Assembly (NCBI GenBank): GCA_963793265.1 | Contig: CAWBZI010000002.1 | Coordinates: 640,001-704,000, forward strand | Length of the DNA: 64,000 nucleotides | From: an uncultured cyanobacterium | GTDB taxonomy: Bacteria; Cyanobacteriota; Cyanobacteriia; Phormidesmidales; Phormidesmidaceae | Direction of reading: 5' to 3' | Shown here: positions 43,375-53,478 of the stretch, piece by piece | How the letters are laid out: each line of letters starts with the position of its first letter | Position numbering within the stretch: the stretch's first letter is position 1 | Program-made: the position numbers and the translations under genes | Notes under the pieces: model-generated | The model's database searches: none | What the model saw: only the letters and a program-made list of their open reading frames with translations | Told to the model about the DNA's origin: nothing

Positions 43375-45369
43375 ATGAGACTTAGGCGGCTGGCGCGAAG
43401 CATTGCAATTTTAGGCATCTTGAGCGGCGGGTCTACCGCGTTTAGTCCTAAGGGAATGGCGAAAGCCAATGCTGCGACACTGCCGCCCGCAGAAATGCAG
43501 CTAGGCGTATCGCTAGCACAATTACTCGCAACCTTGCCGCCAAAAACACCTTCAGCCGTAAGTTTTTCGGCTGAAGAAGAATCTGCTGCGCAGCCTGAGA
43601 TTAGGATCGAAATCACACAAAGTCCTGTTGCACCTGCTGAGTCTGATGAACTTGAGGTTGATGAGCCGCAGACATTAGAGAATGAGCAACAGACATTGAC
43701 TGCGCCTTTGCTAAACAGCAGCGCTTTGCAGGAAGCAGACACCGCTAGTTCAGACGAATTCATTGACATTTTGGTTAGTCAAAACTCGCCAGCTAGCGAA
43801 TTATCAGAGCCAGAAAGTGAGCTGTTCCCTGCGCAACCAGAGCAAGCGCCTGTGCTTCCTGAAGCGCCAGCCGTGACGCCTGAGCCAGCCGCGCCTAGCA
43901 CTCCTCCTAGCAGCAACAGTCAAGTCGAAATCAACGATATTCAAGTTGTGGGCAGCAGCGTTTTTAGCGATCGCGATTTCTCTAGCATCCTTTCCAACTA
44001 CGAAGGCCGCGAACTCAGCCTGCGCGATCTCCGTCAGGTCGCAGACGATATCACCCAGCTCTATTTAGAATCTGGCTACATCACCTCTAGAGCCGTGCTA
44101 AGCGAGCAAACGATTGTAGACGGCGTGGTTAAAGTTCGCGTGATTGAAGGCGAGTTAGAAAACATTCAGGTAGAAGGCACTAGGCGACTGACAGGATATG
44201 TGCGCGATCGCGTCAATCTTGCCAACCGCAAGCCGCTCAACCAGGTGGATCTAGAATCTCAGCTCCAGCTTCTTCGCGCCGATCCACTCATCGAACGCGT
44301 AGAAGCTAGCCTTCGTGCGGGCACAGGTGAAGGCCAAAGCCGGTTAATTGTGCGGGTGCTCGAAGCCAACACGCTCTCGGGCAGGCTTGCCTTTGACACC
44401 AACTCGCCGCCCAGCGTCGGGATTGCGCGAATGGGCATAGAGACAAACTACAACAATCCCTTGGGCTTAGGCGATCGCCTCGCGCTCTCCGCCTTTCGCA
44501 GCACCGCAGGCGGCTCAAACACCTACAGCGTCAACTACACCGTGCCACTCAATGCCATGAACGGCACCTTGCAAGCGCGCTATCTGCCCAGCTCATTCGA
44601 GCTAATTGCTGAAGAACTACAGACCCTCGGCATTGAAGGATCTTCAGACACTTACGAGTTAACCTACCGGCAGCCCGTCATTCGCAAACCCAACGAAGAA
44701 CTCGCATTCTCTTTGGGCTTTCGTCATCGCACCGGAGAGACTTTGGTAAGCGATGTGGTAATTGATTCAACCCGTACGAGCGTCCTTCAGTTTGGTCAGG
44801 ACTATTTGAAGCGCGATCGCTCTGGGGCTTGGGGGGTGCGATCACAGTTCAACCTTGGCACGGGTTTCCTAGACGCCACCGACCGCGATGATGAAGCTGA
44901 CGGCCAGTTCATAAGCTGGCTTGGCCAGTTTCAGCGCGCTCAGGTCATCAACCGTGACAACCTTTTACTCGTGCAGGGAAGCGTCCAGTTTTCGGTAGAC
45001 TCACTTCTCGGCGCAGACCAGTTCATCATCGGTGGCCCCACTTCTGTACGCGGCTACAACCAAAACGCTCGCTTTGGCGACAACGGTTTTCGCGCCTCGA
45101 TCGAAGATCGCATCACCGTTTTGCATAACGAAGACGGTTCAGCAGCCGTTCAAATCGCGCCTTTTTTAGATGGTGCGGGCGTATGGAATCGCGGCGCAAA
45201 CACCAGCGATCAAAGATTTTTGCTAGGCACTGGCGTTAGTTTCATCACTAACTTAGTCGAGAACGTGCAGGCCCGCTTAGACGTAGGCATTCCTTTAATC
45301 GAACTGAGCGAACCAGGCGACAGCTCCAAAGATATATTCCTCTATTTCAATATGGACTATCGCTTTTAG
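43375..45369 (+). CDS. ShlB/FhaC/HecB (TpsB) outer-membrane secretion protein
   Basis: POTRA ITQLYLESGYITSRA...VIEG, VRGY motif, C-terminal YRF. Confidence 0.9.
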   Translation: MRLRRLARSIAILGILSGGSTAFSPKGMAKANAATLPPAEMQLGVSLAQLLATLPPKTPSAVSFSAEEESAAQPEIRIEITQSPVAPAESDELEVDEPQTLENEQQTLTAPLLNSSALQEADTASSDEFIDILVSQNSPASELSEPESELFPAQPEQAPVLPEAPAVTPEPAAPSTPPSSNSQVEINDIQVVGSSVFSDRDFSSILSNYEGRELSLRDLRQVADDITQLYLESGYITSRAVLSEQTIVDGVVKVRVIEGELENIQVEGTRRLTGYVRDRVNLANRKPLNQVDLESQLQLLRADPLIERVEASLRAGTGEGQSRLIVRVLEANTLSGRLAFDTNSPPSVGIARMGIETNYNNPLGLGDRLALSAFRSTAGGSNTYSVNYTVPLNAMNGTLQARYLPSSFELIAEELQTLGIEGSSDTYELTYRQPVIRKPNEELAFSLGFRHRTGETLVSDVVIDSTRTSVLQFGQDYLKRDRSGAWGVRSQFNLGTGFLDATDRDDEADGQFISWLGQFQRAQVINRDNLLLVQGSVQFSVDSLLGADQFIIGGPTSVRGYNQNARFGDNGFRASIEDRITVLHNEDGSAAVQIAPFLDGAGVWNRGANTSDQRFLLGTGVSFITNLVENVQARLDVGIPLIELSEPGDSSKDIFLYFNMDYRF

Positions 45370-45456
45370 GCGATAGCTGAGTGCTTGAAAGCATATAAGT
45401 TATACAAGTGGGAGAGTAAACTATACGCTTAAGCTACGTTTCTTCCTTCGGCTCGT

Positions 45457-46113
45457 ATGTCTCCCATTGAAGTTTTCGACGCAGGTGGCGTTGTTATGTG
45501 GCCACTGCTGCTATTTTTAATATGCATCATTGCAGTCGTGATTGAGCGGAGCTTGTTTTGGTATCGCGTCAAAAGGAAAGAGCGCCAGATCGTTAAGGAC
45601 ATCTTGCAGATCTATCGCATTAATCCACCCGCCGTATTTGCGCGGCTAAAGCAGTCGATTGATCTACCTATCTCTAGGATTTTCTTAGAAGCATTGGAGC
45701 TAGAAAATGCCTCCCAAAACCAGTTTCGCCTGGCATTAGAAAGTGCTTCTCAAGCTGAGCTGCCTTTGCTTAAACGATTTAATACGGTCTTTGAGACGGT
45801 TGTTGCGATCGCACCTCTGCTAGGACTACTCGGCACTATCTTAGGATTGATTCGCTCCTTTGCCTCGCTAGATATCGGTGGATTGAATGGCCGCAACACA
45901 GGTCAAATTACGGGCGGTATCAGTGAAGCCTTGGTTTCAACGGCTGCCGGTATGATTGTGGCGATCGTAGCGCTGCTGTTTGCAAACTTGTTTCGCGGAT
46001 TTTATAGGCGGGAGTTAGCGCTGATACAAGAGTACGGCGGACAGCTAGAAATATTGTACGAATGGCACTGTAAAGCCCTACAAGAGGAGCCTGACCATGC
46101 GAATCCACGATAG
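45457..46113 (+). CDS. exbB: MotA/TolQ/ExbB proton channel
   Basis: APLLGLLGTILGLI, GISEALVSTAAG. Confidence 0.92.
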   Translation: MSPIEVFDAGGVVMWPLLLFLICIIAVVIERSLFWYRVKRKERQIVKDILQIYRINPPAVFARLKQSIDLPISRIFLEALELENASQNQFRLALESASQAELPLLKRFNTVFETVVAIAPLLGLLGTILGLIRSFASLDIGGLNGRNTGQITGGISEALVSTAAGMIVAIVALLFANLFRGFYRRELALIQEYGGQLEILYEWHCKALQEEPDHANPR

Positions 46114-46522
46114 TGAAGCAGAAGAGCCGCTGTCGATCAACATTCTGCCAATGATCGATGTCATCTTTGCAATCCTGGCATTCTTTATTATTTCAACCTT
46201 GTTTCTAACCCGCGCGGAAGGGTTTCCTGTAGATTTGCCCAGTGCCGAAACTGCTCAGCCCCAGCAGGAAGCATTCATCACCGTTACGATTGAGAACAAC
46301 GGAAATATCTCTATCGACAAACAGCCTGTTGATTTGGACGAGTTAACAAAAACCGTTCAAGATCAAGTAGAAGAAGGACAGGAAGTCTTAGTGACCGTGC
46401 AGGCCGATGAGTCAATTGACTACGGCAGAGTCGTTGCCGTGATGGATAAACTGCGCAGGGTAGAAGGCGCAGACTTAGGCATTGCAACTCAAAGGCCGAC
46501 TCAAAGCGAGCCCTCTGAATAG
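46097..46522 (+). CDS. exbD: biopolymer transporter ExbD
   Basis: NILPMIDVIFAILAFFII, ADESIDYGRVVAVMD. Confidence 0.93.
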   Translation: MRIHDSEAEEPLSINILPMIDVIFAILAFFIISTLFLTRAEGFPVDLPSAETAQPQQEAFITVTIENNGNISIDKQPVDLDELTKTVQDQVEEGQEVLVTVQADESIDYGRVVAVMDKLRRVEGADLGIATQRPTQSEPSE

Positions 46523-46530
46523 AGCAAAAG

Positions 46531-48054
46531 CTATTCTACAGTCGGCGCAAGCTCTGGGCCTTCGGGCACGGGTTCAGGATCTGGCGCGACAAATTCTGGT
46601 TCAAATGTCTCTGGCGCGACTGGTGGCGCAATAGGTTCTATAGGTTCTAGCTCAACTGGCACTACAGGTTCTGGCACTACAGGTTCTGGCACTACAGGTT
46701 CTATTTCAACTGGCGCGATAGGTTCTAGCTCGACTGGTGGCAGCGGGGATGTCTCAGACTCTAGCTCAACCGGCTCTGATTCAACCGGCTCTAGCTCAAC
46801 TGGCTCTAGCTCAACTGGCTCTGGTGTAGTCTCTACAGGTTCCAGTGCGGTTTCTGGCTCTGTTTCTGGCGCTTGTGGTTCACTATCAAAATCAGGGGCA
46901 GGCGATGCGGGCTGAGTGATAGGTGATTGTTCTGTTTGAACGGGTGCTGAGGTATTAGCGCTGTTGTTGCGAGAAGAGTCAGTGTTTATTTGAAAATCGA
47001 CAGATATACTGCCACTTTGTCCGGCTGTGTTAAACGCAAACGAAAGAGCGGCCTCTATTGCCGCTTGATCGGCAGTTGCATCGCCGCTTGAACGCTCTAT
47101 TCTGGCATCAAAAACATCGCCATTTTCGTCATATTCCACCCTGACAGAAGGCTCTACCCTAGCACCGCTATTTGCCACATTGTTCAATAGCGCAGTTGGA
47201 TTACAACGTCGGCAGCTAATGGGCTCTCTCCTAGCGATAGAAAGACCTGATCCTAAGGACGAGGCACCAGGATCGCCTGAGCCGGATTCCGTAGCACTGA
47301 TGGGTTGATTAGTCGCAGAACTACCCGTCGCGGCGATGCTTGAGTCTTGGGCGTTGTTGTTACTGCCAGTCGCAGGAGAACTATTCTCAGGACTCAGCAC
47401 AGCCGCCGTTTGAATCGGAGCAGATGCAGGCGGCTCAGATGCAGGCGACTCAGATACAGGCGATGCAGATTCGAGCGACTCGGATAATACGGGCTCAGAG
47501 GTAGCCACCTCATCAGATGCGTTCGGCTCGTTTTCTATCAGCCTGTCTGCTTCTTCTTGCTCAAGTTCACTATCATTTTGTTCACTAGATTCACTAGGTT
47601 CAGCATCATTGATAGACTCTGACGACTCGCTTTCTTCTACCTCATTGCCAGGATTACTATCTTCTGGGCTACCGCTCAGACTATCAACTGGCGGCGGCGC
47701 GATAGGCTCACTAAATTGAGGCGATGGTGCAGGGGCAACAGCAGTAATAGGTGCGATCGCCTCAGCAGGTGCGAGTGCTGAGGCGATCGCAGATGGCTCA
47801 GCTTGATTCACAAAGTCAAACACCTCTTCTGGCGGCGAAACCTCTTCAACCACTTCTCCCTGTGAATCCAACTCTCCAAACACAGATATAGAGATTCGCG
47901 TAGATACCTCAGGCGTACCCGGCAGCAAAAACATCAGCAGGGGCAGCAGTCCTAAGGGCGCACCAATAGCAATAGATAGGCCGACAAGCAGCCGTTTCTT
48001 TGCGATCACATTCTCTCTGACATGTTGAGCTTGGCAAGTAGCAGAAAGACTCAT
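46531..48054 (-). CDS. TonB family energy transducer with long Pro/Glu/Ser-rich linkers
   Basis: N-terminal TM, TonB-C-like segment (VEYDENGDV...RSSGDATADQAAIEAA); adjacent to exbBD. Confidence 0.75.
   Translation of the reverse strand: MSLSATCQAQHVRENVIAKKRLLVGLSIAIGAPLGLLPLLMFLLPGTPEVSTRISISVFGELDSQGEVVEEVSPPEEVFDFVNQAEPSAIASALAPAEAIAPITAVAPAPSPQFSEPIAPPPVDSLSGSPEDSNPGNEVEESESSESINDAEPSESSEQNDSELEQEEADRLIENEPNASDEVATSEPVLSESLESASPVSESPASEPPASAPIQTAAVLSPENSSPATGSNNNAQDSSIAATGSSATNQPISATESGSGDPGASSLGSGLSIARREPISCRRCNPTALLNNVANSGARVEPSVRVEYDENGDVFDARIERSSGDATADQAAIEAALSFAFNTAGQSGSISVDFQINTDSSRNNSANTSAPVQTEQSPITQPASPAPDFDSEPQAPETEPETALEPVETTPEPVELEPVELEPVESEPVELESETSPLPPVELEPIAPVEIEPVVPEPVVPEPVVPVELEPIEPIAPPVAPETFEPEFVAPDPEPVPEGPELAPTVE
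46630..46825. repeat. intragenic 15-bp tandem repeats (PVVPE x3; PVELE/PVESE x4)
   Basis: ctggcactacaggtt and ctctagctcaac(t/c)gg units read directly. Confidence 0.9.
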
Positions 48055-48188
48055 AGAGAAATTGGTCGTAGAAAATCACAATCGGAATCCGGCGGATGGC
48101 AATGCATATAGAACTTTAGAGTGTATTCTATCGTTTGCATCCAAAGTGTCTAAACCTTTTCTTATTGTCTCTAGACTATTCCAAAATA

Positions 48189-48221
48189 AACGCCGCCATG
48201 CTAGTACTAGCAGGCGGCGTT
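48189..48221. terminator. hairpin, probable terminator of the MAPEG gene
   Basis: aacgccgcc...tgctagtactagca...ggcggcgtt. Confidence 0.65.
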
Positions 48222-48250
48222 CTTGGCTGTGCTATTCAATCCATCGCAAT

Positions 48251-48643
48251 TTAAGCCACGATTCGCCAAACGATAACGCCGACGCCAATAATAGAACCGA
48301 AGTAGGCGAGCGATCGCACCAAACTAATCCCGGCATAGTAAGCCGCACCGTGCAAAACGCGACAGACCAGAATCGCGATCGCTGCCTTGGCCGTTACCGC
48401 ATCAGCCTGACCAGTAATCTGTGCAATCAAAATCACCGCCGCAATCATCGCCAAGTTATCGTGATGATTGCGCTGTGCCCGATCAGCCCGGCCTACCCAA
48501 GGCGCGCCGTCCACTGCCTTTTCACGATTGCTTGCAGCCCATTCAATCCCGGCATCTGCTACCCGACCAAAAGCCGGAATATGGTTCAACGGGATTGACC
48601 ATAGCGCCAAAAGTAGCAAGCAAATTAAATCAGTCGTCATCAC
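48251..48643 (-). CDS. MAPEG family membrane protein
   Basis: RADRAQRNHHDNL, RVLHGAAYYAG. Confidence 0.88.
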   Translation of the reverse strand: MMTTDLICLLLLALWSIPLNHIPAFGRVADAGIEWAASNREKAVDGAPWVGRADRAQRNHHDNLAMIAAVILIAQITGQADAVTAKAAIAILVCRVLHGAAYYAGISLVRSLAYFGSIIGVGVIVWRIVA

Positions 48644-48719
48644 GAATCCTTTAGCAACGCATTAAGCCAGCAGCGTTCCCGATAGAATCGCAGACAGGCC
48701 CCTCTAATCATCACCTGTA

Positions 48720-51251
48720 ATGGACGCTGCGACGCAAGCAACCTGGCTACAAACGCATACTATTTTTCGCGATCTGCCCGAAGCACTGGTGCAGGCGATC
48801 GCCCCCTGCCTCACCGAAATCTCCTTCGCCGCTAACCGCCGCCTTATTCTCGAAGACACCGAACCCGACGCGCTATATATCTTAAAATCTGGCAAATTAG
48901 AGAGCTATCGTACGCGCCGTACGAGCGCCGCACAGGTGAAGACGCTAGAGCCAGGGAGCATTTTGCATTTGCGATCGCTCCTCCTCAACGAAGCCGTTAC
49001 GCAAACCATTGTCTCGCTTACAGACTGCACGCTATGGCGTCTAGACAAAGCCAGATTTCAGCAGCTTGCCGAAGAATTTCCCGAACTCAACCAGCAGTTT
49101 TCTCGGCTGCTCGCTAGCGCCTTAGAAGAGGTTTCAGAACAGCTCGCCCGCCAGCAAGAGAGGCAGCAGGCACTACGGCCTTATCTGGTGAGCCGCGTTA
49201 AGCGTGGGGTCGTGGGCAGCAGTCGGTATGCGATTCGTTTGCGTAAGAACATTCGGGAGGCGACGAGTCTTGAAGCTAAAAACGGGAGGCGATCGCCTCT
49301 ACTCATATCAGGCGAGCCTGGCCTCCAAAAAGACAATCTAGCCGCCCTCATTCACTTTGGCTCCAGCAACAAAGCTGAGCCGATGATACAGCTCAACTGC
49401 GAAAGACTCAGAGCCCAAGATCTCTTTGGGAAAGGAGATCAGCCAGGACTCCTTGAATGGCTAGGCGGCGGTACGCTGCTACTCAACAACATACAGGATC
49501 TTGATGACTCTCTCGAAGCATCTGTTTTAGAACTGATACAGACTGGAAAATATCGTCCGATTGCGCGTGAGGGAAAAGCACCTTTACCAACAAGAGATTC
49601 TTCGGCTTGGATTTTGATGGTGTCTGAAAAGTCAATGCCAAAATTCATTCGGTGTGCCAACCAACAGATCAAAGTGCCCCCGCTACGCGTTCGTAAAGCC
49701 GACATAGAAGCGCAGGTGAACTACTACGCGCAGCTATTGTGCAAGCAGCAGGGACTCTGCAAAAAACAGCTTACACCCGAAGCCCTCAGAAGACTACAAA
49801 GCTATGACTTTCCAGGCAACCTCACTGAGCTAGAAAGCATGGTGAAAAGGGCGGTCACCCAGTCAGGTGACAGCAGCGTCCTTACCGAAGACGTATTTTG
49901 GGCCGTCGAAAAACAAAGCCGCCGGTTTCGCTTCAATCTACTTCAGGGCTATCCAAAACTACGACAGTTTTTATTAAGCCCGTGGTGGCCCGACCGCATC
50001 AACTACGGGTTCACCCTTTGGTTCTACCCCATCGTGGTCGCCATTTTGATGTGGGGGCCGCAAACGCGCGACCAAAACTTCGCGCTCAACTTCTTTTGGG
50101 CCTGGTGGTGGCCGCTCATTCTGTTGAGCTTCCCTTTTGTCGGACGGCTCTGGTGCGCTGTTTGTCCTTTTATGATCTACGGTGAAGTCGCGCAGTTTCT
50201 CTCGCTGAAAATCTGGCCGCGTCAGCTCAAAGGGTGGCCTCGCGACTGGGCCGAGCGCTGGGGCGGCTGGATTCTATACGGCGGTTTCGCCCTGATTCTC
50301 CTTTGGGAGGAGCTGTGGAATCTAGAAAATACCGCTTATCTCTCCGGCTGGCTATTGTTAATTATTACCGCTGGCGCTGTTATCTGTTCTGTTCTATTCG
50401 AGCGTCGGTTCTGGTGCCGCTATCTCTGCCCGATTGGCGGTATGAACGGCCTGTTTGCCAAACTCTCAATGGTAGAGCTAAGGGCTCAGCAGGGCATTTG
50501 TTCTGCAAGCTGCAACACCTATCACTGCTACAAAGGTGGGCCTGCTGAAGGCATCGGCCAGGCCACTAACGGCTGTCCGATATACTCTCATCCCGCTCAG
50601 CTCACCGATAATCGTAACTGCGTACTGTGCATGACCTGTGCCAAAGCCTGTCCGCACCAGTCAGTAGAGCTGAACTTGCGTCCACCGGGCATAGAGCTGT
50701 GGACGAGTCACAAGGGAACAGGCTATGAGGTGGCGCTATTACTGTTGCTTTTAGGCGCAGTATTTTTGCATCGACTGCCGCAACTCACGACTTTGGTGTT
50801 AGGAGATGCGAGTGTGCTAGATGAGTTTTGGGGACATGTGATCGCTGCTATCATTGCTTTGTTTTTGCCGGGTGCGATCGCCCTTCTCATCAACCAGCTA
50901 CGCATCCAACTCCAAGGCACCGGCTCCAAACGCACCTTCCTACAGCTTGCCTACGGCTACCTTCCACTCTTGCTCTTCGCCAGCCTGGCCCACTATTTAC
51001 TACTGGGCCTCTCCGAAGCCGGACAGATAATCCCTGTATTCGCAGCGACTTCAGGGCTCGTACTACCAAACATCAACCTAGTCGCACACCCAGCCGTCAT
51101 TGCATTTTTACAGGGTACGGCCTTAATTTTTGGCGCATTGCTAAGCATCATTCTCACTCAAAAAATTGCACGACAGCCCTGGTTAAAGCTCATGCCGCAG
51201 CATGGATTCACACTAGGGGTAAGCGTCATTCTTTGGCAGCTAATACTCTAA
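48720..51251 (+). CDS. cNMP-binding / sigma54-activator-like AAA+ / membrane 4Fe-4S fusion protein
   Basis: N-terminal CRP-like domain; VPPLRVRKADI and YDFPGNLTEL; GRLWCAVCP, CRYLCP, CVLCMTCAKACP. Confidence 0.88.
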   Translation: MDAATQATWLQTHTIFRDLPEALVQAIAPCLTEISFAANRRLILEDTEPDALYILKSGKLESYRTRRTSAAQVKTLEPGSILHLRSLLLNEAVTQTIVSLTDCTLWRLDKARFQQLAEEFPELNQQFSRLLASALEEVSEQLARQQERQQALRPYLVSRVKRGVVGSSRYAIRLRKNIREATSLEAKNGRRSPLLISGEPGLQKDNLAALIHFGSSNKAEPMIQLNCERLRAQDLFGKGDQPGLLEWLGGGTLLLNNIQDLDDSLEASVLELIQTGKYRPIAREGKAPLPTRDSSAWILMVSEKSMPKFIRCANQQIKVPPLRVRKADIEAQVNYYAQLLCKQQGLCKKQLTPEALRRLQSYDFPGNLTELESMVKRAVTQSGDSSVLTEDVFWAVEKQSRRFRFNLLQGYPKLRQFLLSPWWPDRINYGFTLWFYPIVVAILMWGPQTRDQNFALNFFWAWWWPLILLSFPFVGRLWCAVCPFMIYGEVAQFLSLKIWPRQLKGWPRDWAERWGGWILYGGFALILLWEELWNLENTAYLSGWLLLIITAGAVICSVLFERRFWCRYLCPIGGMNGLFAKLSMVELRAQQGICSASCNTYHCYKGGPAEGIGQATNGCPIYSHPAQLTDNRNCVLCMTCAKACPHQSVELNLRPPGIELWTSHKGTGYEVALLLLLLGAVFLHRLPQLTTLVLGDASVLDEFWGHVIAAIIALFLPGAIALLINQLRIQLQGTGSKRTFLQLAYGYLPLLLFASLAHYLLLGLSEAGQIIPVFAATSGLVLPNINLVAHPAVIAFLQGTALIFGALLSIILTQKIARQPWLKLMPQHGFTLGVSVILWQLIL

Positions 51252-51469
51252 TCAACCGCCTCAAAAGATTCAACTTCCAGCACTGGCCCCACCATCGCCA
51301 TCGTCATCACATCCTCGCGCACCTTACCTGTTATCGAAACCTTCTGCCCTTCTGTATCCAAAGCCTCAGCCTTAGACCCATACAGTTCGTAGGTTTGTCC
51401 ATCATCGCCCGACAAGGCCCAAGTTCCGGTGCCCATGTCCATCCAAGTAATCGTGCCAGTCACCGTCAT
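51248..51469 (-). CDS. small OB-fold-like hypothetical protein
   Basis: GTWALSGDDGQTYEL...MTMAMVGPVLEV. Confidence 0.75.
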   Translation of the reverse strand: MTVTGTITWMDMGTGTWALSGDDGQTYELYGSKAEALDTEGQKVSITGKVREDVMTMAMVGPVLEVESFEAVD

Positions 51470-51509
51470 GGATTAAGTTCTCTGTAATTTTTGACCATTA
51501 AACCAAAAA

Positions 51510-51551
51510 ATCAGCGGCAACGCTTCTATTAAAAGGAGCACTGCCGCTGAT
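51510..51551. terminator. hairpin terminator downstream of the S8 protease
   Basis: atcagcggca...tgccgctgat with an adjacent A tract (T tract on minus strand). Confidence 0.65.
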
Positions 51552-51570
51552 CTATCACTTAGCTGTTGCT

Positions 51571-53349
51571 TTAAGTAGGCTCAGTAATCGTCTTCAGTCC
51601 CAAATAAGCAATCAACAGGCTCAAAGCTGCGTTCACCGCCAAAAATAGCTGCGACCAAAGCCCCGAACTCATCCAGGCAACATGCGGATAAAAGAAGACG
51701 CTGACACCTAAAGTAGCCGTTACGCCAATAGCTGCGCCGATGGTGACCCAGCCCAAGCGAGGGTGACTGAGCAAAAAGGCCAGCATCAAAAAGGGAATGA
51801 GCGCGCTAGCCGTCACCGGATTAAGCTTGGCAGAATGGGTAAGCACACTGCCAATTTCAGGCAAAGAGCTGCCGAGCAATCTCAGCGGCCAGTGAGGCAA
51901 ATCGAACAGGTGTAAAGGCGGTAGCAAGAATAAACCGACGCTGCCAAGTACCGCGCCCAGCCAATAGTCACCATTCCAACGATAGTGATCTGCGACCTTG
52001 CTCATCAACCAGGTCAGCGCCATCACTGCGCTCCAAAGAATAGCAATCTTTTTCCAAGGAATTGTTTGCCAGTTGTACCAAATGCGGCTGTTCAACGGGT
52101 TGACCACACCTAAGCCAAACGCAAACGGCCACTTCCCTTTACGGGCCAGCTTCACCGCCGCCGCTGCATCTAATCGGCCAGCACCAAAAAAGTTGCGGTC
52201 ATCGCCAGGCACCTTTACCGAGGATTTCTGCAAGGTCGCCCAAATCTGATCGGGCTTCTTCACACCCGCTGCTTTTACAGCCGCCGCCACGCCAGCCACA
52301 TGAGGCGCTGCCATGCTAGTACCCTGAAAATACTTAAAGGCCGACTGCTTCGTTTGGCGGTCGATAGTCTCTTGCAAAATACCACCTGCTTCACCTTCGC
52401 GCGTATTGCCACCAGGCGCAGAAATATCAACGCCCGCACCGTAGTTAGAATAAGGCGCTTTTGCATCTTTAGAATCAGTTGCAGCCACGCCCATCACGTG
52501 ACTATATCTAGCCGGGTAAGAGGCCGCATTCTGGCCCGCATTACCTGCCGCCGCAATTATCGTGACGCCTTTGCCATAGGCATAATCAACCGCATCTTGC
52601 ATGAGCTGAGACTTACCGCCGCCGCCCAGGCTCATATTGATCACGTCAGCACCGTTATCCGCTGCAAACCGAATCGCCTCGGCAATATCAGCCGTCGTAC
52701 CGCCGCCCTGCGCGCTGAGCACCTTCAGCGGCATAATCTTAGCTTCGTAAGCCACGCCTGCTACGCCATAACGATTATTTGTAGACTGAGCAATGGTACC
52801 TGCAACGTGAGTGCCGTGACCATTGTCATCATCAGCCTTTTCGCGGTCGTTTACAAAGTCGTAGCCGGGCACGAACTCCGTATTGCTTAAATCCTTAACC
52901 TGCGTCACGCCCGTGTCAATCACGGCGACAGTAACGCCTTTACCTCGGCTCACTTTCCAGGCTTCTTCAGCGTTGATGCTCTTTAGATTCCACTGCTTGG
53001 CATAGTCAGGATCGTTAGGGCCGCCGAAAAAGGTGCTGTAGATGTAGTTAGGCTCTACGAATTCTAAAAACTCAGATAGCTCGGATTGGCGGAAGCGCTC
53101 AATGGTGGCGCGATCACCCTTCGCCACATAAACATGATCTTCGGTTGAAAACTTACTGTTCGGCGTCAGCTCTAACCCAAACTTTTTCGCCGCCACCTCT
53201 ACCTGCGCAACTGCCGCAGGATTGTCTCTAAAGTCAAGAACAATTGAATCAAAATTTCCTGTTCTTGCGAGGCTACCGCTAAACTTGAAAATGCCCACTA
53301 TCCCGGCAATTAAAAGTCCTATAAAGAACAGGGGTACAAGACGCCGCAT
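51571..53349 (-). CDS. S8 subtilisin-family serine protease with a C-terminal membrane domain
   Basis: Catalytic triad motifs VIDTG, HGTHVAGT, GTSMAAPHVAG. Confidence 0.95.
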   Translation of the reverse strand: MRRLVPLFFIGLLIAGIVGIFKFSGSLARTGNFDSIVLDFRDNPAAVAQVEVAAKKFGLELTPNSKFSTEDHVYVAKGDRATIERFRQSELSEFLEFVEPNYIYSTFFGGPNDPDYAKQWNLKSINAEEAWKVSRGKGVTVAVIDTGVTQVKDLSNTEFVPGYDFVNDREKADDDNGHGTHVAGTIAQSTNNRYGVAGVAYEAKIMPLKVLSAQGGGTTADIAEAIRFAADNGADVINMSLGGGGKSQLMQDAVDYAYGKGVTIIAAAGNAGQNAASYPARYSHVMGVAATDSKDAKAPYSNYGAGVDISAPGGNTREGEAGGILQETIDRQTKQSAFKYFQGTSMAAPHVAGVAAAVKAAGVKKPDQIWATLQKSSVKVPGDDRNFFGAGRLDAAAAVKLARKGKWPFAFGLGVVNPLNSRIWYNWQTIPWKKIAILWSAVMALTWLMSKVADHYRWNGDYWLGAVLGSVGLFLLPPLHLFDLPHWPLRLLGSSLPEIGSVLTHSAKLNPVTASALIPFLMLAFLLSHPRLGWVTIGAAIGVTATLGVSVFFYPHVAWMSSGLWSQLFLAVNAALSLLIAYLGLKTITEPT

Positions 53350-53478
53350 AAAGTCTCCGAAAGAGTAAAGTTTAGAAAAAGCTGAAGCTAAAAAAATCTG
53401 AAGGACACTAGCCACTCTTATAGAGTAGTTACTGCAAGCCTTCAATCACAGATGTTGGATTTACGGACGGACAGTAAG

